Source of the DNA: a virus
Length of the DNA: 54,321 nt
IMG/VR virus record: IMGVR_UViG_3300044788_000028
Span: 1 to 54,321 of that record
Reading direction: 5' to 3' (one strand)
The notes beneath the pieces are model-generated. The model worked only from the letters and a program-made list of their open reading frames with translations, did not search any database and was not told the origin of the DNA. Shown piece by piece: positions 1 through 6,811 of this stretch. Positions within the stretch are counted from its first letter, which is position 1, and each line of letters starts with the position of its first letter. The position numbers and the translations under genes were made by a program.

Positions 1-127
1 GTGCGAACGCCGGGCCGTGCCTGCTCTCCGCTACGCGGGTTAGACGCCCGCGTCGACGACGTACAGCGCCTGCTCGTTCGGCAGCGCGAGCGCGTTCACC
101 TGACACTCAACCGTCAGGTCACGCCCA
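1..127. repeat. 127-bp terminal direct repeat, copy 1 (identical to 54195..54321); circular-assembly overlap
   Basis: Read directly: bases 1-127 (gtgcgaacgccgggccgtgcc...caggtcacgccca) recur exactly as the last 127 bases. The repeat cuts through the 3' end of the capsid gene. Confidence 0.9.
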
Positions 128-1101
128 CCATTGCCCACTTCCTTGATCACCGTCATGCCGTTGACGTCGATCTGCGCCGCAGGGTTCGCGGCCGCAAGCT
201 GGTAGGCCCGCGCGACGGGGGCATAGAAGGTGTTGCCGATGATCCCGGACGCCGGGATGAATGCCACGATGTTGTCCGGCCAGACCTTCGTCTGGACGCG
301 GGTCGATCCACCGTCGCTGAACACCTCGTGCGTGTCCTCGACGACGATGATGGCGAACGGTCCACCGAACTCGGCGGACAGGCGGTTCTGAAGCTCCGCC
401 TTGCTCAGCGGCAGGGCCTGACCGGACGCACTCGCTGCCGGCGCGGTGACCTGCATCGCACGGAAGGTGCTGAGGCGCATCACGGCGCCACGCAGGGAGC
501 CGATGAAAGTCTGTGCGTTGTACGACTCCTCGAGGAACTGCGTCCACGCGGTGCCCGTCACGGGCGTCGCGGTCCACGGGGTCGGACTCACGTAACGGTC
601 ACCGCTGAACTGCAGGTCGATGACCTTGTCCGCCGCGCTGCCCTGCGGGTTGCGCACGGTCACGCTGCCGGTGGCCCACGCCTTCATTGCGTCGATCTCG
701 ATACGGCGCAGGTTTGCCATGACCAGCCCGTCCGTACGAACCGGAATCTGCGGGCCGACGATCTGACGGAAGATCGCCTCGTTGCCAATGGTACCCTCGA
801 GCAGCCGCTGCATCTCGTACTCCTCGATCTTGAAGTACGATTCGATCGGCAGCATCTCGACGTCCTTCAGCGGCGGCGTCACGAGCGGGATGTGACGTCC
901 ACGCGCATTCCATTCACGCCGATCGGCGGCGGGACGCAGGTCCAGCGTGGTGATGTCGCTCAGCTTCACGCTGCGCGCGTCCACGCGGGGGAAGAGCAGG
1001 GGATGGTACATCTTCCCCATGTCGATGGCCGAGCGCGCCTGAGCGCGCACGGTGAGAGCGGCGTTGGTGAGCGCCAGCTCGGAGTCAAGCCACGAAAACA
1101 T
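40..1101 (-). CDS. Major capsid protein, lambda gpE-like
   Basis: 353-aa ORF with ATG at 1101 preceded by GGAG. It follows the scaffold and decoration genes. The C-terminal half (FAIIVVEDTHEVF...VWPDNIVAFIP) resembles lambda gpE (VAIVVYSGQYVE...FLPDNTMVLG), recalled from memory. Confidence 0.85.
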   Translation of the reverse strand: MFSWLDSELALTNAALTVRAQARSAIDMGKMYHPLLFPRVDARSVKLSDITTLDLRPAADRREWNARGRHIPLVTPPLKDVEMLPIESYFKIEEYEMQRLLEGTIGNEAIFRQIVGPQIPVRTDGLVMANLRRIEIDAMKAWATGSVTVRNPQGSAADKVIDLQFSGDRYVSPTPWTATPVTGTAWTQFLEESYNAQTFIGSLRGAVMRLSTFRAMQVTAPAASASGQALPLSKAELQNRLSAEFGGPFAIIVVEDTHEVFSDGGSTRVQTKVWPDNIVAFIPASGIIGNTFYAPVARAYQLAAANPAAQIDVNGMTVIKEVGNGGRDLTVECQVNALALPNEQALYVVDAGV

Positions 1102-1137
1102 TTTCTGATCTCCTGTGAGTGTGAGTTGGCGCTGCGC

Positions 1138-1812
1138 TTACGAGTTGGTGACCGCGATGCCGGCGCGGAACCCTGCGATCTCCGCGGCCGTGTACGCCCG
1201 TCCGAGGATGTCCTCAGCGAGGTCCCGATTGACCAGTCCGTCGGTGGCAACCACGATCGCGAAGACACCCGTCAGCGCGGCCACGTTGTTGTCGACGAGC
1301 TTCTGTGCTTCGACCGTGACGCCGTACACTTCGTCATTGTCGCCTGCGGTCACGTCCCACGTGATGACGTCACCGGCTTCGAAGTCGGTCGCGCCATCCG
1401 AGACGGTCACGTTTAGCTGCGGCGACACGAACGCGGTACCGACGATCAGTTCGCCGATGTACCCGGACTTGCTGCCCTCGACCGCTGCATGCGCCGTGGC
1501 ACCCGTGGTCAGGAGCGTGGCGGTAATGGTCTCGGCCGGCTGCCCGTACCCGCCGGTCGCCGCGCCGATCACACCGTTCGCGTTGCCCGTGGTCACGGTG
1601 CCCTGCGCGACCGTGCTCTTGGTCTGCGGGGATGCGACCAGCTGCCCCGACTTGGTCAGCGGCACACCGGGCTTGATGCGCCCATGTGTGTCGACCTCGA
1701 AGGTCGACAGATCGGAAAGATCGACATCGATGGCCACGGTGTGGCTCACCAGCCCCACGAAGGGGCTCGGGTAGCTGTCGCCCCCGCTGGTCTTGTTCAC
1801 GCTCATCGGCAT
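1138..1812 (-). CDS. Putative head decoration protein (gpD-like C-terminus)
   Basis: 224-aa Gly/Thr/Ala-rich ORF between the scaffold and capsid genes; GGAG lies 7 nt upstream of the ATG. The C-terminal FRAGIAVTNS resembles the lambda gpD ending FAGTAISIV. Confidence 0.55.
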   Translation of the reverse strand: MPMSVNKTSGGDSYPSPFVGLVSHTVAIDVDLSDLSTFEVDTHGRIKPGVPLTKSGQLVASPQTKSTVAQGTVTTGNANGVIGAATGGYGQPAETITATLLTTGATAHAAVEGSKSGYIGELIVGTAFVSPQLNVTVSDGATDFEAGDVITWDVTAGDNDEVYGVTVEAQKLVDNNVAALTGVFAIVVATDGLVNRDLAEDILGRAYTAAEIAGFRAGIAVTNS

Positions 1813-1839
1813 TGTCCTGCTCCTGTTGGTGCGGGTGAG

Positions 1840-2589
1840 TTACTGCACGAGCGCCAGCCCGGCGAACGCGCCGTGCGGCTTGATGCCTTCCTGCGCGGTA
1901 CCGGCCGCGGCTTGCTTCTTCACGTCCTCGCGAATCTTGTCGAACGTCGAAGGCGGTGTGTGCGGAGCACCCTTGGCCCCTGTCCCGCCACCAGCGTCCG
2001 TTCCCACCAGCACGAAGTCTGCCGGTGCACTGCCCTTCAGTTCCTCCGCCAGCATCCCTAGCTGCGCATCGAAGTCGGTCGCGGCAAACGGAATGTCCTT
2101 GCCCGCCTGCAACACCTGCCGCGTCCCATCGTCTCCGATCTTGATGCGAGCGATGACATCCGCCTTCTCGACCAGCACGTCCGCGAATGCCTCCACCAGT
2201 CGCTTCTCCCCCTTGCCCAGCGCCGTGCGCAACTTGGCCTTCGCCTGCCCGTGTCGCTCGGTGCGCAGGTTGCCCAGCAGTTCGGTCTCCCGCGCGGTCG
2301 CCTTGTCCTTCACCGTCTGGATCTCACGACCATACTGGTCGTGCAGGGCCTTGGTGTCGGGGGCGCTCTTGAGTGTGGTGACCTCGGTCTTCAGCGTGAC
2401 CACTTCTCCCTCGAGCGCCGTGACCTTGCCCTGCGCAGCGGTGAGTTCGGCTCCCTTCTTGCCGTAGCCGACATCGTGACCGCTCTGGAAGATGTGCTGG
2501 TACAGCCCGCCCGCGTTGGCCTGAATGGCTGCCGCCTGCTTGTCCTTGTCCTCGCCTGCGGCCTTGAGTGCTTCGATCAGCTTGTCCAT
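1840..2589 (-). CDS. Scaffolding protein
   Basis: 249 aa counted from the internal ATG at 2589 (GGAG upstream). Long Ala/Lys/Glu/Thr-rich coiled-coil-like stretches. Position is immediately upstream of the decoration and capsid genes. Confidence 0.7.
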   Translation of the reverse strand: MDKLIEALKAAGEDKDKQAAAIQANAGGLYQHIFQSGHDVGYGKKGAELTAAQGKVTALEGEVVTLKTEVTTLKSAPDTKALHDQYGREIQTVKDKATARETELLGNLRTERHGQAKAKLRTALGKGEKRLVEAFADVLVEKADVIARIKIGDDGTRQVLQAGKDIPFAATDFDAQLGMLAEELKGSAPADFVLVGTDAGGGTGAKGAPHTPPSTFDKIREDVKKQAAAGTAQEGIKPHGAFAGLALVQ

Positions 2590-2725
2590 GGTGGTGCTCC
2601 GTATCGTGGAGTAGACGCGACAGGGTGGTATCGGGACCCTGACCCGCAACACCCTTTCGGGTGGCTTTGCTGCTTCGCGTATAAGAATGAGGGCACACGT
2701 CGTTGCGGACCAACCAACGGGAGTA

Positions 2726-3589
2726 TCATGTCAGGATGCGGATTTCTCCTTGCCCGCAACGGCAGTGGGGGTGTGGGTTGCGGGGCCACTGATCCGGACG
2801 GTACCAGCCGGGGCCGTGGCCACTGTCGTGCCGGGCGATGCCAAGGCACACGGGACACACGACGTTGTCACCGGCGGTCTGCCACTTCGCGACCATCTGC
2901 ACCACGGCCTTCGTGAGCGCCAGCGCGTTGCCTTGGCGGTACCCCTCGAAGCTCTCGGTAATGATGACCCGTTCCGCACGCCACGGGATGGAGGCACCTG
3001 CCTTCACGTCTGCCTTGGTCATCCCCCCGAGGTCCACGGGCAACTGCCCGGCGAGCAGGCGCCGGATACCACGCACCGCACCGGCGCTGGGCATCTCGCC
3101 CACGGCACTACGGATATAGTCGGCCATTGCCTGCTCGGCCGTGCTCATGTTGTCCTTGATCATGGCGTCGATGGTGGAGCCCTTGCGCAGTTGCTTCATC
3201 AGTGCCTTGGTCTCCACCGGCACGGTGGAGAGCCGCAGGGCAATGCCCCCCGCGTCCACGCGCGCGACCTTGGCCACGCTGAAGTTGACGGCTTTGTGCT
3301 CCCGTACGATGGCCGACAGGATTTCGGCCTGCGCATCCTTGGTCGCCGCGATCCATGCGGTCTCGACGTCTGCGAGTGCGCGCTCGAGTGCCGTGAGCAA
3401 CCGCGCCGCGTCGGCCTTGGTCATCACCTGCGTGCCTGCGGCCGCCTTGGCGAAGCGCACCGACGCCTCGGCCAAGGCGGCATCCACCTTGCGGATCGCC
3501 CCACGGGACGCGCGCGCTGAGGCCGCGCGCACCCGCTGCATGAGAGCGGCGAACTGCCGTGCGGCGACGCGTTGCTCTTCGCGGGTCAC
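2726..3589 (-). CDS. Minor head morphogenesis protein (Phage Mu F / SPP1 gp7-like)
   Basis: The C-terminal CPVCLGIA...WPRNPHPHCRC motif is typical of the Mu F family. GTG at 3589 overlaps the upstream stop as GTGA; an alternative ATG start lies downstream. Confidence 0.75.
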   Translation of the reverse strand: MTREEQRVAARQFAALMQRVRAASARASRGAIRKVDAALAEASVRFAKAAAGTQVMTKADAARLLTALERALADVETAWIAATKDAQAEILSAIVREHKAVNFSVAKVARVDAGGIALRLSTVPVETKALMKQLRKGSTIDAMIKDNMSTAEQAMADYIRSAVGEMPSAGAVRGIRRLLAGQLPVDLGGMTKADVKAGASIPWRAERVIITESFEGYRQGNALALTKAVVQMVAKWQTAGDNVVCPVCLGIARHDSGHGPGWYRPDQWPRNPHPHCRCGQGEIRILT

Positions 3590-4164
3590 GACACGTATGC
3601 GGCGAGGGTGGACTTCTGGTTCCGGTTGTCTGCGCCGGTGTCGCCGAACAAACGGTAGGCCTTGGTCTGCACGAAGTCGGTGAACCCCACGGACAAGATC
3701 ACCACACCCCAATCCTTGACGCGAGTGGTGAGGGTGTTCTTCAGGGACTGCTCGAGGTCCTTCTGGTCTGACTGCAACTCCGCCCACGACTTCTCGCGCA
3801 CCCGGCTGGCAAGGTGTGTCATGGCTACGGCGTCGAGCGCCGTCTCGAAGTCGAAGACCTCACAGTAATACTTGACGGGGTCAACGACCTTGAAGGTGAT
3901 GTTGGCACTGAACGACGCCACCTTCTCGTCCTTCGTGGTCATGGTCTGTGTGAGGAGGTTGCGGGTCTCTACGCTGATGATGACGAACTCTGCCTCCTCG
4001 ATCTTGCAGGGCCACATCCAGAAGAACCCCGTGCACACGCGGTGCGGTTGCCCCCACCGGAACACGATCGCCCGGCGGTAGCTGCGCGCCACGCGGAACG
4101 GGGTGAACAGCTTGATGAGCCGTTCGAGATGGACAACGATTGCTTCGAACCAACTCACTAACAT
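3586..4164 (-). CDS. SPFH / band-7 (stomatin-prohibitin-like) domain protein
   Basis: 192 aa from the ATG at 4164 (GGAGG upstream). SPFH-like pattern: RRAIVFRWGQP..., TKDEKVASFSANITFKVVDPVKY, DWGVVILSVGFTDF. Confidence 0.7.
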   Translation of the reverse strand: MLVSWFEAIVVHLERLIKLFTPFRVARSYRRAIVFRWGQPHRVCTGFFWMWPCKIEEAEFVIISVETRNLLTQTMTTKDEKVASFSANITFKVVDPVKYYCEVFDFETALDAVAMTHLASRVREKSWAELQSDQKDLEQSLKNTLTTRVKDWGVVILSVGFTDFVQTKAYRLFGDTGADNRNQKSTLAAYVS

Positions 4165-4550
4165 ACCCTCCGGATATACGCCGCAAGCGCGTCTACCCTG
4201 CAAAGGTCTTCCTGCAACAAACCGAGCGCCGTATTGCAGTTGCTACACAGCAGCCCCCGAACTGCTCCGGTCTTGTGGTGGTGGTCAACACTCAGGCGTA
4301 AAGTCGCTCCGCGGTACTTTCTTGTTTCGCGCGCACCACACGAAGCACATCGCCCTTGTTGACGTTCACACATCAAGATATACTGCTCAAGTGTAAGCCC
4401 GTATGTACGAAGAAGATTTCTTTTGAGGAGCCAAGTTGGTTCTTTGCGTTTGCGCGCTTCATATAGACGTTTTTGTGAAAACGGATTCTTTTTGTGATAC
4501 ATACGTGTGTAAAGTGCCGCTGCTGCACGGCACTTTATCAGTGCCGCCAC
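4158..4550 (-). CDS. Endonuclease VII-type (HNH-like) nuclease, paralog 1, N-terminally atypical
   Basis: Catalytic block CASCG...LSVDHHHKTGAVRGLLCSNCN and YGLTLEQY are shared with five paralogs. The gene sits in a low-G+C island. The start is uncertain (GTG 4550, ATG 4598 or ATG 4502), and the N-terminal GCRC motif of the paralogs is missing. Confidence 0.7.
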   Translation of the reverse strand: MAALIKCRAAAALYTRMYHKKNPFSQKRLYEARKRKEPTWLLKRNLLRTYGLTLEQYILMCERQQGRCASCGARETRKYRGATLRLSVDHHHKTGAVRGLLCSNCNTALGLLQEDLCRVDALAAYIRRVC

Positions 4551-5082
4551 AGATACAACGAATCTCTTGGGCGAGGGACAGGTCGCCGCCACAGACATCG
4601 CACAGCTCTTCCGGTGCGGCCTCGCGAGGTGCGGATTTCTCTGCGCGAGCCTCTTGTGTCGCGTCGTAGGCCAACTCGGTGAGTTCTTCGAGCGCCTGAC
4701 GGGCCGCATCGTGCCCACAGGTGCAACCGTCCCAGAAACCCTCACCATCAACGAATCCCTTACACTCGTCGTGGCCGGTCCACAGCCCTTTCTTGACGGC
4801 GTCTTCCATCGCACTCACCCGAGCGACGGTCGCGCCCCGTAGTTCACGCTCGGCCTGCGTAACGCCGTCATTCCACCGATAGCGTTCCCGTTCGCCCTCG
4901 CTGACGCGCGGACAGGCCCGCAGGGCGGCACGGACGCTTTCGAGGAGTTGCCTTTGCTCCTCCATCCCGGCAACGTGCGCCTCGGTCCCGGCGTCAATCG
5001 CAGCGCGCACCACTCCCACACTCAGGATCGGCTCGCCCTGTTCGTCAGCGGGCACCCGCAACAAGACGGTGCGCTCAGGCAT
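4459..5082 (-). CDS. Hypothetical Cys-rich protein
   Basis: 207-aa ORF with ATG at 5082. No motif recognised. Its last ~30 codons run out of frame into the low-G+C nuclease island. Confidence 0.5.
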   Translation of the reverse strand: MPERTVLLRVPADEQGEPILSVGVVRAAIDAGTEAHVAGMEEQRQLLESVRAALRACPRVSEGERERYRWNDGVTQAERELRGATVARVSAMEDAVKKGLWTGHDECKGFVDGEGFWDGCTCGHDAARQALEELTELAYDATQEARAEKSAPREAAPEELCDVCGGDLSLAQEIRCICGGTDKVPCSSGTLHTYVSQKESVFTKTSI

Positions 5083-5194
5083 TTAGCGGCCCTCCGGGGG
5101 CGTCGAGGTTCACGGGCGGCATGATCTCGCCGGCGGCGCGGGTAACGACACACCGGCAGCCGTGATTGCTGTATTGACTGCGGTTATGCTTCAT
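5075..5194 (-). pseudogene. Orphan 39-codon ORF carrying the N-terminal KH..Y.N.GCRC motif of the Endo VII paralogs (possible nuclease-gene remnant)
   Basis: Hand translation gives MKHNRSQYSNHGCRCVVTRAAGEIMPPVNLDAPGGPLNA. The first ~15 codons are low G+C and resemble MSKHGTISRYVNGRCRC of paralog 4. The third Cys and the nuclease domain are absent. Confidence 0.35.
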
Positions 5195-5197
5195 TGT

Positions 5198-5323
5198 TCA
5201 ACCCAAGACATAACCCACCGCCACACCGGCGAGGAAGATGACCAGCAACACCACGCATCCACATCCGAGGATGGAGTTCGGGATCACCACCTCGTTCGGG
5301 TCCCGCTCGCGGCGGCGCGCCAC
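5198..5323 (-). CDS. Small membrane protein (41 aa)
   Basis: Hand translation from GTG 5323 gives VARRRERDPNEVVIPNSILGCGCVVLLVIFLAGVAVGYVLG, with one clear hydrophobic helix. It fills the gap between flanking genes. Confidence 0.35.
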   Translation of the reverse strand: MARRRERDPNEVVIPNSILGCGCVVLLVIFLAGVAVGYVLG

Positions 5324-5325
5324 GG

Positions 5326-6720
5326 TTAGCGCAGCCACGGGCGGACGTCATATGTGCCCTGCACCGCGCCGGGCAGGTCAGCCAGCAAGGGCCAACGGTG
5401 GGTCACCCCGTGCTCCGCATGCACCCCGAACATCCACTGCGCCGGCTTGTCCGCCTTGCCGAGTCCGTGCACACTGAACTCCGTGCCACCGATCAGGGAG
5501 CCATTGATGAAGCTCTCCCCGGCAGCGTGCGGGAGTGACGTCGCGGTGTGGAAGTGTCCGAAGAGATAGTGGTGCACGACCACGCTGCGGGCGGACTCGA
5601 GGGCATTTACGTTGCCCACCAGTCGGTTGATCCCGTACCACGGAATCTGATTCCACGACTTCACGTCGTGCCCGTGCGTCTGAAGGAAGTTCCATCCCTC
5701 GACGTCGAAGATGACGCTATAGCTGTTCGGGGTGTGCCACCGGATGCGGTCACCCATGCCGCTGAGGTGCTCCTTCGCCATCCATGCGATGAGTGTGTCC
5801 CAACTACGCAGCGGGTCCTTCTGCTGCACGCGCCGTGCGTCCGGCAATCGGCCGTGGTTGCCGCTGGTGCAGAACACCTCGATCTCCGCGAAGTCGCCGG
5901 CGAGATCGCGCAGCGCCTGCGCGAGCAGCAGGCCCGCGCCATACACGGCGTGCACCACGCTCGGCGCGTCGCTGTGGCGTTCGACCTCGTGGATGCTACC
6001 GGAGATGAGGTCGCCGTTGAGCGATACCACCAGCTTGGGGAACACCCACCCGCCGCCCCGTTCCATCTTCCGTTTGATGCTAAGCAGGGAATGCACGATG
6101 GAATAGACACGGCGCCCGGCCGTCGTGGCGTCGTACGCGTTGAGGTCGCGGACCCGCTCCGGGTCGACGACCTCGTACATGTGCCAGTCGCTCAGCATGA
6201 GGACCAGCGTCTCGCGCACCGTGTCGTCCTTGGCCTTGGGTGGCTTGACATACGCCGGGGGTGCGGGGAAATCCTGTGCCACGTCCTTGACCAGCCGCGT
6301 GAGTGTGATACGCAACGACTTCTCCCCGGCGGCTTCGTGCAGAAGGTCTCGCTCATGGCGGGCCAGTCGCACCCGCTCGACCTGCACCTCGAGGGGCACA
6401 GTGGACTTGATGCTGCTGGGGGTTCCGCGGGTCATGTGCTGCTCGACCACGGCAGTCTCGACGGCGGCGAGCGCCACCTTCATCACGCGGGCGATCGTCT
6501 CCATGCCGCGCCCTTCATCCTCGTACAGTTCCCGCACCCGCTGCACCTGCTTCGCGTCCAGCGGCTTGACCGGCGCGGCCGTGGCGCGCTTGAACTTGTG
6601 TTCAGCCACTGCTTCTTCGATCTGGATGCTGGGTAGGCGCATCAGACGCGCGCAGGTCTCCATCCCTCGACCTTCGACTTCGTAGAGGTTGCGCAGTCGA
6701 GTGATTTGTTTTTGGTTCAT
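5326..6720 (-). CDS. Calcineurin-like metallophosphoesterase with two tandem N-terminal HTH-like repeats
   Basis: Motifs appear in the canonical order: LSDWH (DxH), NGDLISG (GDxx), SGNHGR (GNH), THGHD, GHFH. The N-terminus repeats ITRLRNLYEVEGRGMETCARLM and VQRVRELYEDEGRGMETIARVM. ATG at 6720 with GGGAG upstream. Confidence 0.75.
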   Translation of the reverse strand: MNQKQITRLRNLYEVEGRGMETCARLMRLPSIQIEEAVAEHKFKRATAAPVKPLDAKQVQRVRELYEDEGRGMETIARVMKVALAAVETAVVEQHMTRGTPSSIKSTVPLEVQVERVRLARHERDLLHEAAGEKSLRITLTRLVKDVAQDFPAPPAYVKPPKAKDDTVRETLVLMLSDWHMYEVVDPERVRDLNAYDATTAGRRVYSIVHSLLSIKRKMERGGGWVFPKLVVSLNGDLISGSIHEVERHSDAPSVVHAVYGAGLLLAQALRDLAGDFAEIEVFCTSGNHGRLPDARRVQQKDPLRSWDTLIAWMAKEHLSGMGDRIRWHTPNSYSVIFDVEGWNFLQTHGHDVKSWNQIPWYGINRLVGNVNALESARSVVVHHYLFGHFHTATSLPHAAGESFINGSLIGGTEFSVHGLGKADKPAQWMFGVHAEHGVTHRWPLLADLPGAVQGTYDVRPWLR

Positions 6721-6766
6721 GCGGCGCTCCCGCGTGAAGGTATGTGCGAACGATAGGTGCAACGCG

Positions 6767-6804
6767 CACGGGGCGCTCGAAGCATGGACCTCGAGCGCCC
6801 CGTG
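6767..6804 (-). terminator. 14-bp perfect GC-rich hairpin just after the portal stop codon
   Basis: cacggggcgctcga (6767-6780) pairs with tcgagcgccccgtg (6791-6804), with a 10-nt loop. There is no clear U-tract on the coding (minus) strand, so terminator function is uncertain. Confidence 0.35.
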
Positions 6805-6811
6805 CGTTTTC

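Noticed and set aside
1-127. The 127-bp terminal repeat as a genuine direct terminal repeat of the virion DNA.
   Set aside because: The repeat boundary falls inside the capsid coding region and the repeat is exact, which fits a circular-contig overlap. True termini need read-based analysis.
1-1416. Long plus-strand ORFs in the track, such as 1..1416, 5548..6636, 9418..11085, 26826..28244, 42068..43663 and 50426..51880.
   Set aside because: They lie antisense to minus-strand genes that have clear domain motifs. Their translations are Arg/Ala/Gly/Pro-rich and low in complexity, which is typical of shadow ORFs in high-G+C DNA. None shows a recognisable motif or a ribosome-binding-site context.
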